A stretch of DNA of 64,000 nucleotides from a virus: IMG/VR virus record IMGVR_UViG_3300044912_000678, positions 1 through 64,000 of that record, one strand, 5' to 3'. Shown piece after piece: positions 1 to 10,037 of the stretch. The notes below the pieces were generated by a model. It ran no database searches, was not told the origin of the DNA, and saw only the letters and a program-made list of their open reading frames with translations. The first letter of the stretch is position 1, and each line of letters begins with the position of its first letter. A program made the translations under genes and the position numbers.

Positions 1-2
1 TC

Positions 3-974
3 GGTCAACTTCCACCATTTAAAGCAGAAGCTTTTATGGAAAGATTAAAAGATCAATTTCGTAAAAGAAAAACTGCTGGTAATCGTGCAACAACAGGTGC
101 AAACCTTGTAGAAGAAAGATGGCAACCACCAGCACAAGATGAAGACTATTGGGTTCCAGTTCGTCCAAATGCAAATAGTAGAATTGAAACTCTTCCGGGC
201 GCACAAAACCTTGGAGAAATTGATGATGCTGTTTATTTTAGAAATAAATTATTTGTTTCATTGAACTTTCCAAAAAGTTATTTTTCAAGTGAAGATGTTA
301 ATGCAACTAGAATTACATTATCAGCACAAGATGTTAAGTTCGCAAGAATGATCGAAAGACTTCAATCGAATTTTGAAGATGGAATTTTAGATATATGCGA
401 AAGACATCTTGAACTTCGTGGATTTCCACAAGAAATGTTTAAAGATTTAAAAATTCGTATGACTCCACCATCAGATTGGAGAGAATTATCAAGAGCCGAA
501 GTAAAAACAGCAAGACTTACAAATGCAGGTTCTTTAAAAAGTGGTTTGTTAATGTCAGATTATGACATTTATACAAAAGTTTTAATGTATTCAGAAGAAG
601 ATACATCTATGATGTTGAGCAGACTTAAATTGCAAAAATTAGAAGATCTAAAAATTCAGATTATGTCTCAAAATCCTCAATTGCTAGGTGTTGGTGTTCC
701 TACTCCAGAAGAAGCAGGAAAAGAAATAGGGTCTGAAGCTGGTGGTCCAACTCCAGATCTTGGTGCAGAAGCTCCACCGCCAGCAGAAGGCGAAACTACA
801 CCACCGCCAGCAGAAGGCGAAACTACACCACCGCCAGAAGGCGAACCTCCAACAACAGCAACAGATGAAATTCCAGATGCTGAAGAAAATGATTTGAAAA
901 AGTACAATCTTGAAATTATAAATTATGGAATAGAACAAGATCATGAAGATCGTGATGATAGCACAATGAGTTAA
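3..974 (+). CDS. gp20: Portal protein, T4 gp20-like (5'-truncated by the window edge)
   Basis: The frame is open from nt 3 (GQLPPFKAEAFM, cf. the gp20 GNLP..KAE motif). It contains EDYWVP..IETLPGAQNLGEIDD..YF..KLF and lies upstream of gp21/22/23. Confidence 0.93.
   Translation, partial: GQLPPFKAEAFMERLKDQFRKRKTAGNRATTGANLVEERWQPPAQDEDYWVPVRPNANSRIETLPGAQNLGEIDDAVYFRNKLFVSLNFPKSYFSSEDVNATRITLSAQDVKFARMIERLQSNFEDGILDICERHLELRGFPQEMFKDLKIRMTPPSDWRELSRAEVKTARLTNAGSLKSGLLMSDYDIYTKVLMYSEEDTSMMLSRLKLQKLEDLKIQIMSQNPQLLGVGVPTPEEAGKEIGSEAGGPTPDLGAEAPPPAEGETTPPPAEGETTPPPEGEPPTTATDEIPDAEENDLKKYNLEIINYGIEQDHEDRDDSTMS
774..850 (+). repeat. 27-bp coding tandem repeat (PPPAEGETT x~2.5) in the portal's acidic tail
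   Basis: ccaccgccagcagaaggcgaaactaca is repeated directly. Confidence 0.9.
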
Positions 975-975
975 T

Positions 976-1224
976 ATGATAACAATTAAACAATTAGCAC
1001 ACTTTGCTTTTAAAAATAAAAATCTACAAAATGTAGCAGTGAATGCTGGATGCTATCATTGCACTAAAATTTTCAAAGCAATTGATGTAAAAGAATATAC
1101 AGATGCAGGGCAGACAGCTTTGTGTCCACTATGCTCTGTAGATTCAGTTGTTTTTGATAATGCAGAATTTGAATTGACTGAAGACAGTCTTAAAAAAGCT
1201 TATCAATACTGGTTCCAGAAATAA
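976..1224 (+). CDS. Small CxxC/CPxC zinc-binding hypothetical protein
   Basis: GCYHC...TALCPLCSVDSV; directly follows the portal stop. Confidence 0.7.
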   Translation: MITIKQLAHFAFKNKNLQNVAVNAGCYHCTKIFKAIDVKEYTDAGQTALCPLCSVDSVVFDNAEFELTEDSLKKAYQYWFQK

Positions 1225-1560
1225 TTATGCCATGTCAGAAGCGTTTGGAGCAACTACATCTGGTTCATCTTTAGAAGTTTTCAAACCAGATTTTGCAGCC
1301 GTTCTCAAACCAGACAAAAATGCAGAATCATTAAGATCATCCATATTTGACTTATCTAGTTCTCCTTGAACATCTGGACCTTCGCTTTGCAACAAAGTCA
1401 GTAGTCTTCGAGCAAAAGTTGGGTCGTCAGCAATTGCAATACGAACTGCACGAAGAAGATGAGCTAGTACTGGTCCTTTTGATGCACTTAGACCCCTTCC
1501 AGCTATTTCACGACCAAGATCCATTGCGACATCTTCAATATATTGTTGAAATGTTTTCAT
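1225..1560 (-). CDS. Putative internal head protein with capsid-targeting-like N-terminus
   Basis: N-terminus MKTFQQYIE is close to the T4 IP signal MKTYQEFIAE; GAGG RBS upstream. Confidence 0.65.
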   Translation of the reverse strand: MKTFQQYIEDVAMDLGREIAGRGLSASKGPVLAHLLRAVRIAIADDPTFARRLLTLLQSEGPDVQGELDKSNMDDLNDSAFLSGLRTAAKSGLKTSKDEPDVVAPNASDMA

Positions 1561-1764
1561 TTTTTACCTCAATTTTAATCCCAAAAGCATACTTATATAG
1601 TTGATAGATGCTATTTTTATATTGTCGATCTAATTTTTATAGTGTTAATCTATTTTTTAAAATTGGATTTAAAATATTATGGCGTGAGTAATATATAGCA
1701 TAATGACAGCATTGAAAATCGTGCTACATAAATCATAACTTACAGGCACAGGAGTTGATGAGAC

Positions 1765-3603
1765 ATGAAAAGAAAACTTATAAGCTTTGAAGCATTCAAA
1801 AATTTGCAAGAAAATTCTTTAACCCGTATTGAAGAAGAACTTATTCTTGCTGAAGACATTTTAGGTAAAACTCTCGGCATTGATGTTGAGTTGTTTTCTT
1901 TCACCGAAAACGCTGTTACCTACAAAACCGCTGATGATAACTTCATCAATGCAATTTACAAGCTAGAAGATGATCAAGTTATTTTTGAAAACATTCAAGA
2001 ACTTGTTATCGATGAAGAATCCGCTAAGAAAGGTGCAAGACAAACTATTTCTGAAATGGTGGATGCAATTATCGAAAGCAAGGATGAAATCGCTGACAAT
2101 AAATTTGACGAGTACTTCTCGCTACCAAATGTTCGTAAACAAATTAGCGAAGCAGTTGCATTTAAAGTATCGGTTTCCAAACCTACTGGCAAACGCAGCA
2201 AGCTATTCCACAAGAAACAACCACGCAGCTTAGTAGCAAAGCGTGTTCGTATGAGAAAGCTAAGTCAGAGAAAAATTTCGAAGAGCAAAAAGAAAGAATT
2301 AGGTCGTAAGCGAGCTACAGCTGCAAGGAAACTTGGAAAATCTAAAAATCCTCGTTGGAGAACTTATGTTCGTGCAGTAAAAAATATGAAAGAATGGGCT
2401 AATTTAGCCAATAATGTATCTGGTTATGTTGAATACAAAAATTATGGTCATATGTTGACCGAATCTATAATTCAACCTGACAATAAAGGAAATATTGTTG
2501 CTGTAGCTATTCCAAATACACAAAAAAGGAACGAAGGTAAAATCCTTTCCTTCCAATGGAAAACAATCGATACAGATCTCAAAATTCTTCGTGGTAGTGC
2601 CAAGAAGCTTAATGAGAATCAGACATTTGTAAAGGCTATCGCTGAATTAAAGCGATATAACAACACATCTGATAATTCTTCCCTTGAAGAAGCTCTAGAA
2701 AACATGGTTAGCAAATTCCCCGGAGTTCTTTATTTAACTCAGGAAGAATTGACTAATAATATCGCTGAAGCTTTCGAAATAGCAAATATCACAAATTATG
2801 ATGATGATACTTGCAAGTTTATTGCTGAAGCAATTCTTAGAACTGCACACAGTGCATATACAGATCGTGTAAAGAAAATTGGTACTGCTGCTGGTGTTAG
2901 AACTGATATCACCGCAGAATGCAAAGAATGCAAAGATGCTTATGTGGAATTCCAAAATGTAGCCACTAAGTTATTTTCAAAACTTGATGAAAGCGAAAGT
3001 ATTGATATGAGAGTTTTCTCAGATCTTTATAAGGCTCTTCATGAAATGCACAAAACAGCAAGCGAAATCGGTGACGAAGCAACTAAGATTGAAACCGCAA
3101 GTTTCATGTATGATGTTGAAGCTGTATTAAGCAAAACTCAATCTCCGTCCTTAGAAATGGCTGAAGAAATCGCTGATTATATCAATGATTTAGTTGAAGC
3201 CAATATTGATAACTCTGGCGAATGGAAAGATCATGGAGTTCATACTTCCGCTGATGGAGATCATCCAAATACTGCTTGGAATGCAAAACAAACCGATGCA
3301 GTTCCTTCCAAATTCAATGGAAGGGATGAATATGGTGTTAACCATGCACCTGTAAGTGATGGAAAGGATTTGGGCGGAGATGAAGAAATGGCTCATAATG
3401 CTTTGGGTAATGACGGTGGTGACCATACTTGGCCATCCTTAAGTAACCCTTACATTCCTGATCCCTTCACTTTCACTCTAAAGGGCGAAAAAGGTGTTGA
3501 TAAGGATAATGAGGAAATCGGCACATTCCAGTCGAATGATACTTGGCCAAACCTCAATAATCCATTGCATCCAAAGGCTGAAATAGCCCAACCAGTTGAA
3601 TAA
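1765..3603 (+). CDS. Large prohead core/internal protein (position of T4 gp67/gp68)
   Basis: Lies between portal and protease. Acidic, with a K/R-rich basic block and many [L/I/V]xE sites; N-terminus LISFEAF..LQE. Confidence 0.6.
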   Translation: MKRKLISFEAFKNLQENSLTRIEEELILAEDILGKTLGIDVELFSFTENAVTYKTADDNFINAIYKLEDDQVIFENIQELVIDEESAKKGARQTISEMVDAIIESKDEIADNKFDEYFSLPNVRKQISEAVAFKVSVSKPTGKRSKLFHKKQPRSLVAKRVRMRKLSQRKISKSKKKELGRKRATAARKLGKSKNPRWRTYVRAVKNMKEWANLANNVSGYVEYKNYGHMLTESIIQPDNKGNIVAVAIPNTQKRNEGKILSFQWKTIDTDLKILRGSAKKLNENQTFVKAIAELKRYNNTSDNSSLEEALENMVSKFPGVLYLTQEELTNNIAEAFEIANITNYDDDTCKFIAEAILRTAHSAYTDRVKKIGTAAGVRTDITAECKECKDAYVEFQNVATKLFSKLDESESIDMRVFSDLYKALHEMHKTASEIGDEATKIETASFMYDVEAVLSKTQSPSLEMAEEIADYINDLVEANIDNSGEWKDHGVHTSADGDHPNTAWNAKQTDAVPSKFNGRDEYGVNHAPVSDGKDLGGDEEMAHNALGNDGGDHTWPSLSNPYIPDPFTFTLKGEKGVDKDNEEIGTFQSNDTWPNLNNPLHPKAEIAQPVE

Positions 3604-3613
3604 AAGGAGATGA

Positions 3614-4291
3614 ATGAGCGACAACAAAATGCTACTTGTTGACTCCTGCAATAATGGAGGACTCTTTCTAAATCTTAATGAATCCACCGATAAAGGACTC
3701 ACTAAGTTTAGAGGAAAATTCCAAGAAGCCGAAGCTGTTAACAAAAATAAGAGGATGTATCCACACGGAGTCCTCGATGAAAATGTAAAGAAACTTTTGC
3801 CAGTAATTGAATCTCGTGGGTTGGTTGGCGAACTTGACCATCCCACTGATTCTATCATTCACTTTGAAAAGGCATCTCATGTCATTACAAAGTTGTGGTG
3901 GGAAGGCAATAACCTCATGGGTGAGGGAGAGATTCTTAATACTCCACATGGAAGAATCCTCAAAGCACTTATCAATGATGGTGTACGAGTCGGAATTAGT
4001 AGCCGTGGCGTAGGCAACGGCAAAGTGGACGAGAACGGCATCCTTGTCATTGGCGAGAGCTATAAACTCTTAACTTTTGATGCGGTTGCAGATCCAAGCA
4101 CACACGCTGCCTTTCAGGAGAAGGTGGTAAATAACAAGCGAGAAAATTACGCTCCAATAAATAATTCTATGGAAATACCTGCTAAAAATGAAAGTAGCAG
4201 CATACATAGAGTTAGCAAAGAAGCGTTAATTGCTTGCTTGGGTGGAATAATCGAGGATCAAACAAAAAGTATTAAATCAAAAATTGTTTGA
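3614..4291 (+). CDS. gp21: Prohead protease, T4 gp21-like
   Basis: NKNKRMYP, GELDHP, ILNTPHG, GISSRGVG and FDAVADPS motifs. Confidence 0.95.
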   Translation: MSDNKMLLVDSCNNGGLFLNLNESTDKGLTKFRGKFQEAEAVNKNKRMYPHGVLDENVKKLLPVIESRGLVGELDHPTDSIIHFEKASHVITKLWWEGNNLMGEGEILNTPHGRILKALINDGVRVGISSRGVGNGKVDENGILVIGESYKLLTFDAVADPSTHAAFQEKVVNNKRENYAPINNSMEIPAKNESSSIHRVSKEALIACLGGIIEDQTKSIKSKIV

Positions 4292-4333
4292 TTATTTCTT
4301 AAAACGAAACACTAGCAAAGTGAGGTTAGGCTA

Positions 4334-5236
4334 ATGGAAAAGATAATGGAAGCGATCAAGAAATTGTTGCCTGAGTCCGATGTAAAGGAAGTATCTTCTG
4401 CTATCAGCGAGATGCTAGATCAGGCTAAAGTAAGTCTCGAAAAAGAGTATAATGAAAAGCTTGAAGAAGCATATTCAGATCTCTCTGGCGAACTAAACAA
4501 ATCAGAAAATACTGCGGAAAAAGGCTATGAAGAAGCTTATTCTATCATTGCCGATCTTCGCAATCGTCTTGAAATTCAAGGCGAAGAGTACAAGCAAGCT
4601 ATGGAAGAAGGATATGAAGAAGCCTATCAGATGCTTAAATCTGAAAGAGCTAAAAACAATTCTCTTGAAGTAGAACTGTACGAAGAATACGACAAGAAAC
4701 TTCATGAAATGAAGGAATACATTGTTGATAAGGTAGATCAATTCCTTCAAGTGAAGGGTCAAGAAATCTATGAACAAGCTCGCAAGGACATCGTAACCGA
4801 TCCTCGCTTGGCTGAACATAAGGTCGTTCTCGATAAGATTGTTGACCTCACCAGCAATTATCTTTCCGATGATGAAGTGAACAATGTCTCTTCAGCAAAA
4901 GTTGAAGAAGCAATCAAACAAGCCGATGAACTTAAAGGTCAACTTCGAATTATGGAAGCCCGTAATATCAGGCTTTCTACCGAAAACACTAAACTTAATG
5001 AAAATGTACGCTATGCTAAAAATTTAATTACAGAGCAAACAAGGGCGGTTGAAAGTCGAAAAAAGTCTGAAGTAATTACAGAACAGAATGCAAGGGTTGA
5101 AAAAGCACAGAATGTAACGGGGAGAGGTAATAAGGTTGTTGATCAAGAAGTCGTAATTGCGGAAAATTATGACAACAACAACAGCAGTGAAATAGACCAA
5201 ATCTTGGTTCTTTCAGGTGTGAAAAAACCAAAGTAA
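4334..5236 (+). CDS. gp22: Prohead scaffolding protein, gp22-like
   Basis: Acidic coiled-coil between gp21 and gp23; contains IVDKVDQFL. Confidence 0.85.
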   Translation: MEKIMEAIKKLLPESDVKEVSSAISEMLDQAKVSLEKEYNEKLEEAYSDLSGELNKSENTAEKGYEEAYSIIADLRNRLEIQGEEYKQAMEEGYEEAYQMLKSERAKNNSLEVELYEEYDKKLHEMKEYIVDKVDQFLQVKGQEIYEQARKDIVTDPRLAEHKVVLDKIVDLTSNYLSDDEVNNVSSAKVEEAIKQADELKGQLRIMEARNIRLSTENTKLNENVRYAKNLITEQTRAVESRKKSEVITEQNARVEKAQNVTGRGNKVVDQEVVIAENYDNNNSSEIDQILVLSGVKKPK

Positions 5237-5270
5237 AAGCTAAATTCTAACAGTAAAAGGAAATTTTAAT

Positions 5271-6701
5271 ATGAACGCTAATGCTAGATTTTTAAATGAA
5301 GCTAAAGAGTTAGAAGGACGCTGGGCTAAAACTGGTCTCCTCAATGGAATCGAAGACCGTAATACTCGTGCAGCCACAGCAGTTCTTCTCGAAAACCAAC
5401 GCCTTATCAACGAAGTGTCTACCGACACCGCTGACATCGCACAATTCAAACGAATCTCCATACCATTGGTTCGTAGGATTTACCCACAGTTGATCGCTAA
5501 TAAGATCGTATCCGTCCAGCCTTTGCTTGGACCTACTGGTCTTGTTTATTATCTCCGCTTCCGCTATTCATCCAATAAGGGTGCTACCCGTGGTGCAGAT
5601 AATAATGGCGGCTTCCCCGGTGATGACGCAAACTCCTTGATGCAGAAGGCTGATGGTACTGCAAACCTTGATATCTTCTATTCTCACCAGTTCGTTCAAA
5701 ACGAGAGACTAGTAGATGCAGGTGGCGATACCACTTCCAACTTCACACTTGAACGAGGACCAATTTTGGCTGGTACTATTACTGGTACTATCTATGATGG
5801 TGCTACAGCAGTATATACATTCAATTTTAGTGCTGGTGGCACATTCAATAAAACTGAAATTGGCTCACCTTCACCCGCTGTATCTACTGGCACAATTGAT
5901 TTGACCAGTGGTGCATTGACATTGACTTGGGATAGCGATCCCGGTGCAAATAGCGTAGTAATGAGCTACGAATCTAATCTTGAATGTAATCAAGACCTTC
6001 CAGAAATCAACCTCGTTGTTGAATCTGAAGATATTACCGCCAAGACCCGTAAGTTGAAGGCTGTATGGTCTTATGAAGCTCAACAAGATCTTCGTTCGCA
6101 ACACAACTTGGACGCTGAAGCCGAATTGACCGCAGTTCTTGCTCAAGAAATTAATCTTGAAATTGATCGTGAAGTCCTCACCGACCTCCGTCAAAATGCT
6201 GGTACTGTAACCGCTTGGGACTTCAACACCTCCTTAGGTGATACCATCAAGGAAAAATACGAATCTCTCTATGTGAAGATCGTTGAAATTTCCTCCGTTA
6301 TTCATCGTAAGACCCTTCGTGGTGGTGCTAACTTCATCGTTACATCTCCCGAAGTTGCTTCGATCTTCGAAACCGCAACCGCTGGTTTCGCTCCTGCTCC
6401 TAGCGAAACATTCACTAGCTCCCTTGGCATCCAGTATGTCGGAACTGTGAACAATCGTTGGAGATTATATAAAGATCCATTGTTCCAAAGCAATCAAATC
6501 CTTATGGGCTATAAAGGCGATTCATATCTTGACTCAGGATATTTCTACTGCCCTTATGTTCCTCTTACTCAGACACCTGTTGTTCTCGATCCAGAGAGCT
6601 TTTGCCCCAGAAAAGGTATTTTGACAAGATACGGAAAAAAATTGTTAAGGGAAGGTGCTAAATTCTACGCAAGAATGTCGATTGCTAACTTTATTATTTA
6701 A
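5271..6701 (+). CDS. gp23: Major capsid protein, T4 gp23-like
   Basis: LLENQ, VSVQP..GPTGL, TAKTRKLKA.W..E..QDL...H.LDAEAEL...L..EI..EIDRE, YCPYVPL and TRYG motifs. Confidence 0.97.
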   Translation: MNANARFLNEAKELEGRWAKTGLLNGIEDRNTRAATAVLLENQRLINEVSTDTADIAQFKRISIPLVRRIYPQLIANKIVSVQPLLGPTGLVYYLRFRYSSNKGATRGADNNGGFPGDDANSLMQKADGTANLDIFYSHQFVQNERLVDAGGDTTSNFTLERGPILAGTITGTIYDGATAVYTFNFSAGGTFNKTEIGSPSPAVSTGTIDLTSGALTLTWDSDPGANSVVMSYESNLECNQDLPEINLVVESEDITAKTRKLKAVWSYEAQQDLRSQHNLDAEAELTAVLAQEINLEIDREVLTDLRQNAGTVTAWDFNTSLGDTIKEKYESLYVKIVEISSVIHRKTLRGGANFIVTSPEVASIFETATAGFAPAPSETFTSSLGIQYVGTVNNRWRLYKDPLFQSNQILMGYKGDSYLDSGYFYCPYVPLTQTPVVLDPESFCPRKGILTRYGKKLLREGAKFYARMSIANFII

Positions 6702-6732
6702 TTTTTACTCTCTATAAAAATAGTAAAAATTT

Positions 6733-6769
6733 AAGAACCCAACTAATGATAGTTGGGTTCTTTTTTTTT
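6733..6769 (+). terminator. Rho-independent terminator after the capsid gene
   Basis: aagaacccaacta-atga-tagttgggttctt followed by a T run. Confidence 0.9.
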
Positions 6770-6809
6770 GTTAAAAGAAAATTTTTAGAAAAAGATCAAA
6801 ATTTTATGA

Positions 6810-6838
6810 TTGACTAAAAAACAGATTTCGTGTAGAAT
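6810..6838 (+). promoter_or_regulatory. Sigma70-type promoter
   Basis: TTGACT-17 nt-TAGAAT upstream of the AAGGAG RBS of gene 6859. Confidence 0.75.
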
Positions 6839-6858
6839 GAAATCACAAGGAGTTTAAC

Positions 6859-7998
6859 ATGAATATAGAAGAATTTAAATTTAAGTATATAACATTTAAA
6901 GATATAGAAAAGATTGAGATAAATTGTGATCATCCACAACACGAACCAAAAGATGAAATTATTATCATTGGAAAGCAACCAGCCAAAAGAAACATATTAA
7001 AAAATGATGGCGAAAGTTTTATCTGCAGAAAATGTTATATGCATCACAACAATCCAGTAAACAAAGTTGGAGAAAATCGACAAACAGAAGAAATTGTTAA
7101 TGTTTATTGTCCTCATCCAAAACACGATGGAAATCATTGCCGTCAAATGAAAAAACGCAATTATTATGGTTCATTACAAGAACCGTATTTACAGCTTTGT
7201 AAAAGTTGCATTCAATTAGGAAAAGAAATTAGCGAAGAACAAAAAGAAAAAATTCGCATGAGTCTTACTGGAATCAAGCGTAGCGAAGAGTTTAAGAAAA
7301 AACTAAGTAATTACATGAAAAATAATCCAGAAGGTATAGCCAGAGCAACAAAAAATATTATCGAAAATCATTGCATTAATGGAATGTTAGGAAAAGTTCA
7401 TTCCGAAGAAACAAAACAAAAAATGTCTGAATCCCACATGGGAAAAGAATTTTCTGAAGAGCATTGCCAAAATATTTCAGAAGGCAGAAAGAAAATGCTT
7501 GAAGAAACTGGAGGGTTCACCAGAGAGCATAAAGAGAATATTTCAAAAGCTACTGTCGCACAATACAAAAAAGGTTTTGATCCAAAACTTCATCATTTGA
7601 GTGGCTGGCATGAATCTTCAAAAGCTGGAAGAGTATTTTATAGATCGTCCTATGAGAAGAAAGCATATTTAAAATTAGACGAAGACGATTTTGTAAAAAA
7701 TTATTTTGTAGAAAAAATTGAAGTTGAATATTTTAATCCAATAAAAGAAATAACCTCCTCCTACATCATTGATATCTTAATAGAATATAAAGATGAATCA
7801 AAAAAATTAGTCGAAGTAAAACCAGAGAAATGGTTAAGTGATGAAGTTGTCATATGTAAAATCAATGCTGCTAAAATAAAAGCAAAAGAACTTGGTATAT
7901 CGTTTGAGGTTTGGACAGAAATCAATTTATTTGGTCATGTTTATAATGAAAAAAATATGAGATCTTTTATCGAAAAGATAAGAAAAAAAACTAAATAA
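6859..7998 (+). CDS. Putative free-standing homing endonuclease (Zn motifs + NUMOD3-like repeats + TnsA-like PD-(D/E)xK domain)
   Basis: Repeats such as HSEETKQKMSESHMGK; C-terminal YRSSYE..Y..D.L.EY....LVEVKP; two N-terminal C-x-HP-x-H/CxxC units. Confidence 0.75.
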   Translation: MNIEEFKFKYITFKDIEKIEINCDHPQHEPKDEIIIIGKQPAKRNILKNDGESFICRKCYMHHNNPVNKVGENRQTEEIVNVYCPHPKHDGNHCRQMKKRNYYGSLQEPYLQLCKSCIQLGKEISEEQKEKIRMSLTGIKRSEEFKKKLSNYMKNNPEGIARATKNIIENHCINGMLGKVHSEETKQKMSESHMGKEFSEEHCQNISEGRKKMLEETGGFTREHKENISKATVAQYKKGFDPKLHHLSGWHESSKAGRVFYRSSYEKKAYLKLDEDDFVKNYFVEKIEVEYFNPIKEITSSYIIDILIEYKDESKKLVEVKPEKWLSDEVVICKINAAKIKAKELGISFEVWTEINLFGHVYNEKNMRSFIEKIRKKTK

Positions 7999-8001
7999 AT
8001 C

Positions 8002-8358
8002 ATGTTGCTATCATATTCAGAATGGAAAATAGTCAGTAATTTCAAACCTTATGAATTTTATAGGGAAGGGATTGCCGACTTTATTTCGCCATCTAAAATC
8101 ATTGAAAAAATCAAAAATCATTATGAGAGACTATCAGTCAAATATGGCAAGAACATGGCTAAAATCATCATAGGAGTGGCATTACTAGGCACTTTATCTC
8201 CGATTCCGGGTTCTAGCATTATTGCTGCATTGCCTTTTGTTGGTTTGGCTGAAATTATCAATTTGATCAAAGGAAAGCCAGAAATCGAAAAAGAAGTTAT
8301 GCAAACTCATGAAAAAGAAACAAAAGAAATTATAAATGATTTACAATTAGAAACATAA
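8002..8358 (+). CDS. Hypothetical protein with hydrophobic hairpin and CTS-like start
   Basis: MLLSYSEW; IIIGVALLGTLSPIPGSSIIAALPFVGL segment; CTAAATA just upstream. Confidence 0.55.
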   Translation: MLLSYSEWKIVSNFKPYEFYREGIADFISPSKIIEKIKNHYERLSVKYGKNMAKIIIGVALLGTLSPIPGSSIIAALPFVGLAEIINLIKGKPEIEKEVMQTHEKETKEIINDLQLET

Positions 8359-8401
8359 GTGTTATATTCTTTTAAGTTAAATCTTTCTAAGGAGATACAT
8401 T

Positions 8402-8692
8402 ATGAAAATTGAATATTTAAAGATTTCTACTGGTGAAGATGTTCTTGCACAAACTTTATCTTCTGATAATGATACTTTTGTTTTAAAGAATCCGATGATT
8501 TTTGCCATTTCAAGAGAAGGCGTTGGTATGATGCCATATGCACCTTTTGCCAAAGATCAAAAAATGACCATAAATAAGTCTCATATTGTTGCGTATGGAG
8601 AGCCAGACGATGAGATTAAAAACGCATACAACAGCAAATTTGGCAGTGGGATTGTGGTTGCATCTTCTGGTGGAATTCAAATTCCTCAGTAA
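8402..8692 (+). CDS. Sm-like domain protein typical of T4-like phages
   Basis: LKISTGEDVLA...LKNP...MMPY.PF...Y...FGSGIV pattern. Confidence 0.7.
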   Translation: MKIEYLKISTGEDVLAQTLSSDNDTFVLKNPMIFAISREGVGMMPYAPFAKDQKMTINKSHIVAYGEPDDEIKNAYNSKFGSGIVVASSGGIQIPQ

Positions 8693-8735
8693 TAAAATAA
8701 CATTTTGAATCATAGATACTTTCATGGAAGGTATT

Positions 8736-9422
8736 ATGAATTTTTCAAAATGGTTTTATGAGCAAGGTTCTACCATTGGCACAGAAAATGTCGATGAGAC
8801 CCAAATTGATTCTGCATATAAAAGTGCAAAATATTCAGTAAAGTTAGTACAACTTTACGATAGATTGACAGGTCAGAAGTTACTTAAAAATATAAGCACC
8901 ATTGCGTTATTGCAATCAGGTGCTTATGGTCTTTATAGTTCAGCAGAAAATAAAAAAATTGTAGGGGCTTCTGTTGCAAACAAGATCAAAATGAAATTTG
9001 GTTCTGACATTATGATGAATCAAAAGTTAAATACAGTTCCTAATGCTGTTATCAAGAAATACATTCCAGATATAGATGTAAATCAATTACAGCCATCAGA
9101 TGTAATTCGTGTAAATGTTCAAAAGCATTTAGCAACTCACGGAGATACTTTGGATGCTATAATTGAAATAGCCAGTACGATTGTTCACGAATGCACTCAT
9201 GAGATTGAGTTGCAAACAACGGGAACAACAAGTGAAGTTGGTCCTGTAAGGGCTGAAAAAATATTCATAGATTGGGTATCCAAACATTGGCAGGTTATTC
9301 GCCAACAAATACCTATACTAGCGTCATATCGAAGCAAAGGTCAATCACAACAGCCTAATACTATGCAGCCAAACAAAGTTCAATCACAACAGCTTAATAC
9401 TATGCAACCAAGGCAAATCTAA
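8736..9422 (+). CDS. HExxH metallopeptidase-like protein with CTS-like start
   Basis: TIVHECTHEIE plus a downstream E; start moved to MNFSKWFYE (GGAAGG RBS). Confidence 0.55.
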   Translation: MNFSKWFYEQGSTIGTENVDETQIDSAYKSAKYSVKLVQLYDRLTGQKLLKNISTIALLQSGAYGLYSSAENKKIVGASVANKIKMKFGSDIMMNQKLNTVPNAVIKKYIPDIDVNQLQPSDVIRVNVQKHLATHGDTLDAIIEIASTIVHECTHEIELQTTGTTSEVGPVRAEKIFIDWVSKHWQVIRQQIPILASYRSKGQSQQPNTMQPNKVQSQQLNTMQPRQI

Positions 9423-10037
9423 TTCTATGCGTCCCGGTTTGTTTACATAGTCTAAATTTTTAATAGGATATTTTTGAATATCAATTGGTGGGTTGTCAAA
9501 ATATTTCTTATTTACCAGTGTAATTTCCAATGCAACTGGAACTAGTTCCTTACAATTTCCATAATTATTCCCATGAACATGAGCGACATAATGTGTATCA
9601 AGCATCTTTTCCATAACTGATAATGGTGTTTTTTTAGGATTCATATGGAGATGCAATTCAAAAGCAAAGCAAGAAATTTTTTCTTCAAAATGTTGCATAT
9701 TCATTGTTTCAAAAAAATTCCATTCCGAACCTTCGGTATCTATCTTTAGAACTATTTTATTAGATTGTTGTACTTCTGGTATGTTTGCGAATTCTTCATA
9801 GGTATCAAGTTTCATTTTTCTTGCCCATGCGTGTCGTGTTTTTAATGCAATATCATATCCAATAACTTTTTTATTCCTATTCAATAAATCTTTTTCGTAA
9901 GTAATATTATTTCCCAATCCAAAAGAAATACAAAGATCACCTTCATCGATACATTTTTTAGGAAGAACATATCCTCCATCTTTGTTATTTCCTATTCTTA
10001 TTTTTTCGAATTTTCTTGGTATTATATGTTTATTCAT
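9384..10037 (-). CDS. FkbM/Methyltransf_22-like SAM methyltransferase
   Basis: RIG..KDGGY, SFGLG, YD, LKIDTEGSEW, ELH, HVHGNN motifs; start moved to MNKH. Confidence 0.75.
   Translation of the reverse strand: MNKHIIPRKFEKIRIGNNKDGGYVLPKKCIDEGDLCISFGLGNNITYEKDLLNRNKKVIGYDIALKTRHAWARKMKLDTYEEFANIPEVQQSNKIVLKIDTEGSEWNFFETMNMQHFEEKISCFAFELHLHMNPKKTPLSVMEKMLDTHYVAHVHGNNYGNCKELVPVALEITLVNKKYFDNPPIDIQKYPIKNLDYVNKPGRIELDLPWLHSIKLL

Noticed and set aside
5271-7998. Intron or intein in gp23 associated with the endonuclease
   Set aside because: gp23 is continuous and complete, and the nuclease lies after its terminator.
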